DNA of 10,132 nt from positions 1 through 10,132 of the forward strand of contig WFWZ01000157.1 of NCBI GenBank assembly GCA_015490875.1. Direction: 5' to 3'. The first letter of the stretch is position 1, and every line of letters begins with the position of its first letter. The DNA is from Planctomycetaceae bacterium. Lineage in GTDB: Bacteria > Planctomycetota > Planctomycetia > Pirellulales > Pirellulaceae. Both the position numbers and the translations under genes were made by a program. Shown here in pieces: positions 6,613 through 10,132 of the stretch. Below the pieces are notes generated by a model, which saw nothing but the letters and a program-made list of their open reading frames with translations, was not told the DNA's origin and did no database searches.

Positions 6613-8319
6613 ATGAACGCCGCCTTGCTGGGACTCACCGAAGAAGCCATGACGACGCTTATCGTCGCCGTGGTCCTGGTCGTTTTCGTCCTGCTCAGCA
6701 CGCTCATGCTGCTGGCGAAGTACTACCGGCGTTGCCCGAGTAACCGGGTGCTGGTGATCTACGGAAAGGCGGGGGCCAAGGGACAACCGGCCAAATGCGT
6801 CCACGGTGGTGCGGCACTGGTGATTCCGCTGCTGCAAGATTACGCCTACTTGAGTCTCGAGCCGATCCAGATCGAGATCCCTCTCCGCGGCGCCTTATCG
6901 TTCGAGAACATCCGCGTCAACGTGCCGAGCGTCTTTACGGTGGCGGTCGGGACCGAGCCGGAAGTCATGCAACAAGCCGCCATCCGCCTGCTCGGCCTCA
7001 GCGTGCCTCAAATCCGTAAGCAGGCCGAAGAAATCATCTTCGGAATCCTCCGGCAAGTGATCGCCAGCATGGGGATCGAGGAAATCAATCGCGATCGTGA
7101 CAAGTTCCTGGCACAAGTCCAAGCGCACCTCGAACCGGAACTGAACAAGATCGGACTCGTCCTCCTCAACGTGAATATCACCGACATCACGGACGAGTCG
7201 GGCTACATCGACGCGATTGGAAAGAAGGCGGCCTCCGAGGCGATCCAGAAGGCTCGCGGCGACGTGGCCGACAACGAAAAGATGGGCGAAATCCGCGTCG
7301 CCGAAGCCGAACGGGAAAAGGCGATCCAGGTCGCCACCGCCCGGCGCGACCAGGCGGTGCAGATCGCCGAGTTGAAGAAGGAACAGACGATCGGCGAGCA
7401 GCAGGCCGCGTTCGAGCAGGAAATGAAAGTGAAAGCGGCCGAGCGGGAAATGCGCGTCGAAGTGGCTCGAGCGGACGCCGAGGCCATTGAAGGCGAAAAC
7501 GAGGCTCAAGCGACGATTGCCAAATCCCAGGCGGAACTCGCTGTGAAGCGGGCCGAAGCTTATGAACTGGGTGAAGCGCGCAAGCGGCAGGCGGAAGCCG
7601 CAGTGCTCGAAGTGCAAAACCGGGCACTCGCCAAAGCGGCCGAAGCAGAAGCCGAACGGATCGAACAAGAACAGCGTGCAAAGTTAGAGGCGCCGGCTCG
7701 AGCCGCTAAGGCGAAGAAGATCGTCGAAGCCCAGGCCCAGGCCGAGCAGATCCGGATCGAAGCCGAAGCGCAGGCGGCGGCCATCTACGCGAAACTCGAA
7801 GCCGAGGCCCGCGGCCAGTACGAAGTCCTGGCGAAAAAAGGTGAAGGTCTCCAGCGCATCGTCGACGCATGCGGCGGGGCGACCGAAGCCTTCCAAATGT
7901 TGATGCTCGAACACCTCGACAAACTCGCGGAAACCTCCGCCCAGGCGATCTCCAACATCAAGTTCGACAAGGTGGTCGTTTGGGAGAACGGAGGCCACAA
8001 CGGCCGAGGCAGTACAGCCAATTTCCTCAACGGCATGTCGCGGACTCTTCCGCCCATGTTGCAGGTGCTCAAGGATGTCGGAGGCGTCGAAATCCCCGAA
8101 GCGCTGATTCGGTTCACCGACAGCATGCCGAGCGACGCGCCGGAAGCGGGCGATGGCCAGGCGACGGCGACTCAGCCCGTGAGTTCCCAGAGTGAGGAAC
8201 CCGCGTCCGAAGACGAACCGGAAAACGAACCGGCCACGGAGAGGGAGGATGAGGCGGCCCCCGAAGCGAAAGCCACCTCGGACCCCGGCGACGAAACGCT
8301 ACCCCCACGTCGCAGATAG
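6613..8319 (+). CDS. floT: Flotillin-like SPFH-domain protein (FloT/YuaG type) with a long EA-rich coiled coil and an acidic C-terminal tail
   Basis: ATG 6613 follows GAGGAG at 6598-6603. There is an N-terminal membrane hairpin (TLIVAVVLVVFVLLSTLMLLA), then an SPFH/band-7 core (VIYGKAG...PLRGALSFENIRVNVPSVFTVAV...IGLVLLNVNITDITDESGYIDAIGKK). A coiled coil of about 230 aa follows with Ala/Glu-rich heptads (AEAEREKAIQVA...AEAEAERIEQEQRAKLEA...), then the KFDKVVVW motif typical of FloT and a low-complexity acidic tail (EEPASEDEPENEPATEREDEAAPE). The stop is TAG at 8317-8319. Confidence 0.9.
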   Translation: MNAALLGLTEEAMTTLIVAVVLVVFVLLSTLMLLAKYYRRCPSNRVLVIYGKAGAKGQPAKCVHGGAALVIPLLQDYAYLSLEPIQIEIPLRGALSFENIRVNVPSVFTVAVGTEPEVMQQAAIRLLGLSVPQIRKQAEEIIFGILRQVIASMGIEEINRDRDKFLAQVQAHLEPELNKIGLVLLNVNITDITDESGYIDAIGKKAASEAIQKARGDVADNEKMGEIRVAEAEREKAIQVATARRDQAVQIAELKKEQTIGEQQAAFEQEMKVKAAEREMRVEVARADAEAIEGENEAQATIAKSQAELAVKRAEAYELGEARKRQAEAAVLEVQNRALAKAAEAEAERIEQEQRAKLEAPARAAKAKKIVEAQAQAEQIRIEAEAQAAAIYAKLEAEARGQYEVLAKKGEGLQRIVDACGGATEAFQMLMLEHLDKLAETSAQAISNIKFDKVVVWENGGHNGRGSTANFLNGMSRTLPPMLQVLKDVGGVEIPEALIRFTDSMPSDAPEAGDGQATATQPVSSQSEEPASEDEPENEPATEREDEAAPEAKATSDPGDETLPPRRR

Positions 8320-8368
8320 CGACCCAAACCGGCGAATCAGCGGAACCCGCTGTCACGCAGAGCGGGTC

Positions 8369-8400
8369 AGCCACGTAGACCGGGCTTTCAGCCCTGACAG
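8369..8400 (-). repeat. Degenerate inverted copy of the REP-like palindromic unit
   Basis: The reverse complement of 8371-8402 is ACCTGTCAGGGCTGAAAGCCCGGTCTACGTGG, which aligns at roughly 80 percent identity with the core CCGTCAGGCTAGAAAGCCTGACCTACGT. It contains its own hairpin GGGCT-TTC-AGCCC (8382-8394). Together with the 8409-8454 copy it forms an inverted pair. Confidence 0.4.
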
Positions 8401-8408
8401 GTTTCCCC

Positions 8409-8454
8409 AACGCGTTCCAGTGATTCCGTCAGGCTAGAAAGCCTGACCTACGTA
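8409..8454 (+). repeat. REP-like palindromic unit, copy 1 (AACGCGTTCCAGTGA-TTCC-GTCAGGCT-AGAA-AGCCTGAC-CTACGTA)
   Basis: It has an 8-bp perfect stem GTCAGGCT/AGCCTGAC with an AGAA loop at 8429-8448. The left flank AACGCGTTCCAGTGA (8409-8423) is the reverse complement of the right flank of copy 2 at 9468-9482. It lies 88 bp upstream of the MBL-fold gene start. Confidence 0.65.
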
Positions 8455-8541
8455 TCCCCGGTGGCCTATCTCCGTTTTCGTGTCTACAGTCACCGCTGCC
8501 CCTTCGCGCAGGTAACTCCAAACTGGGAGACGCGGACAACG

Positions 8542-9393
8542 ATGACAACGTGGCTGGAAATCGGCAAGATTCGCTTGACGACGGTCCCCGGCGGCCGTTT
8601 TCGACTCGATGGCGGCGCCATGTTCGGCGTCGTGCCGAGGCCGCTCTGGATGCGGCGAGCCGAACCGGACGAACAGAACCGCATCACGTTGGCCACGAAC
8701 TGCACGCTCGTCGAAACCCCGCAAGCGACCCTCCTAATCGACACCGGATACGGCACGAAACTGACGGACAAAGAGCGAGAGATCTTTGCCACCGAGTCGC
8801 TCGAGGGCGTCGTCGGCAGCCTCCGCGCCGCCGGTCGCACTCCCGACCAAATCGACGTCGTGGTCCTTTCGCACCTGCATTTCGATCATGCGGGGGGAGG
8901 CACCATGCGACGCGAGGACGGACAGATCGTGCCGACGTTCCCTCGCGCCCGCTATGTCGTGCAGCGCAAAGAATGGGAAGCGGCGACCAGCGGACTTTCC
9001 GAATGGGTCAGCAGTTATCCTCCCGAGAACTTCGCCTGCCTGGAAGCCTCCGGACAGTTGGAACTCATCGACGGCGAAGAAGAAATCGTTCCCGGAGTGC
9101 GAGGCATCTGGACGGGCGGACACTCGCCCGGACATCAGTTGATCGCGATCGAGGATGAAGGCTCACTGGCCGTCTACCTTGGTGACCTTTGCCCGACGTG
9201 GAACCACCTGCGGCAGATGTGGTGCATGGCCTATGACGCGCATGTGGCCGAAGTGCGTCGCAAGAAGCCGGAAGTCCTGGGGTGGCTGGCCGACTCGCAA
9301 GCGTGGCTCTTATCCGACCACGACCCAGAGCGCCCCTGGGTACGAATCCGCCGCGACGATCGCCGCGAGTTCGAAATCGTCGAGAGGGAGTGA
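8542..9393 (+). CDS. MBL-fold metallo-hydrolase, AiiA-like (putative N-acyl-homoserine lactonase family)
   Basis: The track ORF 8461-9393 begins at a GTG inside the repeat. The preferred start is ATG 8542, giving MTTWLEIGKIRLTTVPGGRFRLDGG. The zinc-binding motif VVLSHLHFDHAGGG (HxHxDH) is present, and downstream PGVRGIWTGGHSPGHQLIAIE closely parallels the Bacillus AiiA region (...VVPGVQLLYTPGHSPGHQSLFIE...) and its spacing. Length is 283 aa. Confidence 0.85.
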   Translation: MTTWLEIGKIRLTTVPGGRFRLDGGAMFGVVPRPLWMRRAEPDEQNRITLATNCTLVETPQATLLIDTGYGTKLTDKEREIFATESLEGVVGSLRAAGRTPDQIDVVVLSHLHFDHAGGGTMRREDGQIVPTFPRARYVVQRKEWEAATSGLSEWVSSYPPENFACLEASGQLELIDGEEEIVPGVRGIWTGGHSPGHQLIAIEDEGSLAVYLGDLCPTWNHLRQMWCMAYDAHVAEVRRKKPEVLGWLADSQAWLLSDHDPERPWVRIRRDDRREFEIVERE

Positions 9394-9424
9394 CACATGT
9401 GGGTCAGAGACCAGCGTCATCCCA

Positions 9425-9482
9425 ATGCGTTATAGTGATTCCGTCAGGCTAGAAAGCCTGACCTACGTCACTGGAACGCGTT
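9425..9482 (+). repeat. REP-like palindromic unit, copy 2 (full nested palindrome)
   Basis: AATGCGTTATAGTGA-TTCC-GTCAGGCTAGAAAGCCTGAC-CTACG-TCACTGGAACGCGTT. The inner 8-bp stem and AGAA loop are identical to copy 1, and the outer arms of about 15 nt are near-complementary. It lies 32 bp after the MBL gene stop. Confidence 0.65.
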
Positions 9483-9486
9483 ACGG

Positions 9487-9531
9487 TAATACCCGTCAGG
9501 CTGGAAAGCCTGACCTACGGAGGCTCCGTAA
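9487..9531 (+). repeat. REP-like palindromic unit, copy 3 (variant loop GGAA) with an adjacent second hairpin
   Basis: TAATACCC-GTCAGGCT-GGAA-AGCCTGAC-CTACGG, followed by the hairpin TACGGA-GGC-TCCGTA (9516-9530). The outer TTACGG (9481-9486) pairs with CCGTAA (9526-9531). It overlaps the stop codon (9515-9517) and the last codons of the minus-strand cytochrome gene. Confidence 0.6.
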
Positions 9532-10132
9532 GGTAGCGCAGCAAGTCGGCCACATCCTGAGGACTCAGGTCCTTCTCCAAACCGTCCGGCATGAGTGACT
9601 TGCCCGTGCTGCGGATCGCCTCGATGTGACTCCTCAACACCACATGCCGCTTGTCGTCCTGTTCCACCAGCGTAATGCTATTGCCCGTCTCCGAAGCAAT
9701 CATCCCGGAGAAGGTCCGCCCGTCATCGGTCAACACGACATACGTGACGTATTTTCCATCGACCGAGGCGCTCGGATCGAGTATCGATGTCAACAGACTT
9801 TTCGGCCGTCGATCGCTCAGCGATCGCAAATTGGGACCGATCTCGTGCCCCACACCGTCCAACTTGTGGCACGAAGCGCACGTCTTCGCGAAAACAGCCT
9901 GGCCGCGCTTCGAGTCTCCCTTCAACTTCAATGCAATCTGATACTCCTTCAACACCTTGCTCCGATCGGGACTGCCCGAGCTGGCCAACAGTTGTGCCGC
10001 TCGCGTCCGCACCGTCTTGTCCGGGTAAGCAAGCAACGATTGACGCGTGCGCGCATCGATGTCCGCGGGCGCCACTTGATGCTGCTCGATTGCGTCGAGC
10101 AGAGCCGTCAGCCACGGACGCCTCGTCAAGAG
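9515..10132 (-). CDS. c-type cytochrome / PVC-type heme-binding domain protein, C-terminal fragment (the gene continues beyond the window end)
   Basis: The frame is open to the window edge, and the track start is a TTG used as a pseudo-start. The heme-binding motif CASCHKLDG (CxxCH) is followed by the conserved LMPDGLEKDLSPQDVADLLRYL tail, typical of the planctomycete/verrucomicrobial putative heme-binding domain found at the C-terminus of large proteins. The stop is TAG (reverse complement) at 9515-9517. Confidence 0.7.
   Translation of the reverse strand, partial: LLTRRPWLTALLDAIEQHQVAPADIDARTRQSLLAYPDKTVRTRAAQLLASSGSPDRSKVLKEYQIALKLKGDSKRGQAVFAKTCASCHKLDGVGHEIGPNLRSLSDRRPKSLLTSILDPSASVDGKYVTYVVLTDDGRTFSGMIASETGNSITLVEQDDKRHVVLRSHIEAIRSTGKSLMPDGLEKDLSPQDVADLLRYLTEPP

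Noticed and set aside
6178-6837. 219-aa minus-strand ORF antisense to nfeD and the nfeD-floT spacer, and 6158-6502 (+) in an alternate frame
   Set aside because: The translation is extremely Arg-rich and repetitive (RRR, PRR runs), typical of GC-rich frame artefacts. It is overlapped by the membrane-protein frame, which has coherent TM helices.
6895-7668. 257-aa minus-strand ORF (and the nested 7187-7681, 7203-7487, 7560-7784 and 7684-7998 ORFs) inside the flotillin gene
   Set aside because: These are antisense to the EA-repeat coiled-coil region. GCN/GAR codon periodicity on the sense strand creates long open antisense frames. The translations are low-complexity (L/F/R/G-rich) and have no start context.
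8461-8541. Track-proposed GTG start at 8461 for the MBL protein (27 extra residues MAYLRFRVYSHRCPFAQVTPNWETRTT)
   Set aside because: It begins immediately inside or after the REP-like palindrome, and the extension has no counterpart in AiiA-like proteins. ATG 8542 aligns with the AiiA N-terminus and is preceded by GGGAGA.
1-10132. CRISPR arrays, rRNA, integrons, IS elements
   Set aside because: No regularly spaced direct repeats with unique spacers, no rRNA-like conserved blocks, and no transposase- or integrase-like ORFs were seen in any frame.

Overview
The window is high-GC chromosomal DNA, probably Planctomycetota (Pirellulaceae-like). The indicators are a formylglycine-type sulfatase, a C-terminal PVC-type CxxCH heme-binding domain protein, few strong Shine-Dalgarno sites and GC-rich third codon positions. 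Eight protein genes are supported. (1) 98-2194 (+) is a secreted S9 prolyl-oligopeptidase-family serine peptidase with PD40 beta-propeller repeats and the GGSYGG nucleophile. (2) 2217-3656 (-) is a signal-peptide sulfatase with the CTPSR motif, convergent on the peptidase gene. (3) 3949-4254 (+) is a single-RRM glycine-rich RNA-binding protein with a putative TTGACG-17-GATAAT promoter and a strong intrinsic terminator. (4) 4737-5696 (+) is a hypothetical protein with no recognisable domain. (5) 5874-6488 (+) is an NfeD-like membrane protein, followed by (6) a flotillin at 6613-8319 (+) with an SPFH domain, an EA-rich coiled coil and an acidic tail; this is the classic nfeD-floT (yuaF-yuaG type) pair. 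(7) 8542-9393 (+) is an MBL-fold metallo-hydrolase closely resembling AiiA-type N-acyl-homoserine lactonases (HLHFDHAGG and GHSPGHQ motifs). (8) 9515->10132 (-) is the C-terminal end of a CxxCH c-type heme-binding domain protein that runs off the window. Two non-coding elements are the most interesting items. The first is a 143-bp element (4506-4648) bounded by perfect 27-bp terminal inverted repeats with two nested hairpins. It lies between the rbp terminator and the hypothetical gene and could be a MITE-like element or a structured RNA. The second is a family of four REP-like palindromic units (core TTCC-GTCAGGCT-AGAA-AGCCTGAC-CTACG) clustered on both sides of the lactonase-like gene; one unit overlaps the stop codon of the cytochrome gene. 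No rRNA, tRNA, CRISPR or transposase genes were seen. Many long antisense or alternate-frame ORFs in the track are high-GC artefacts.
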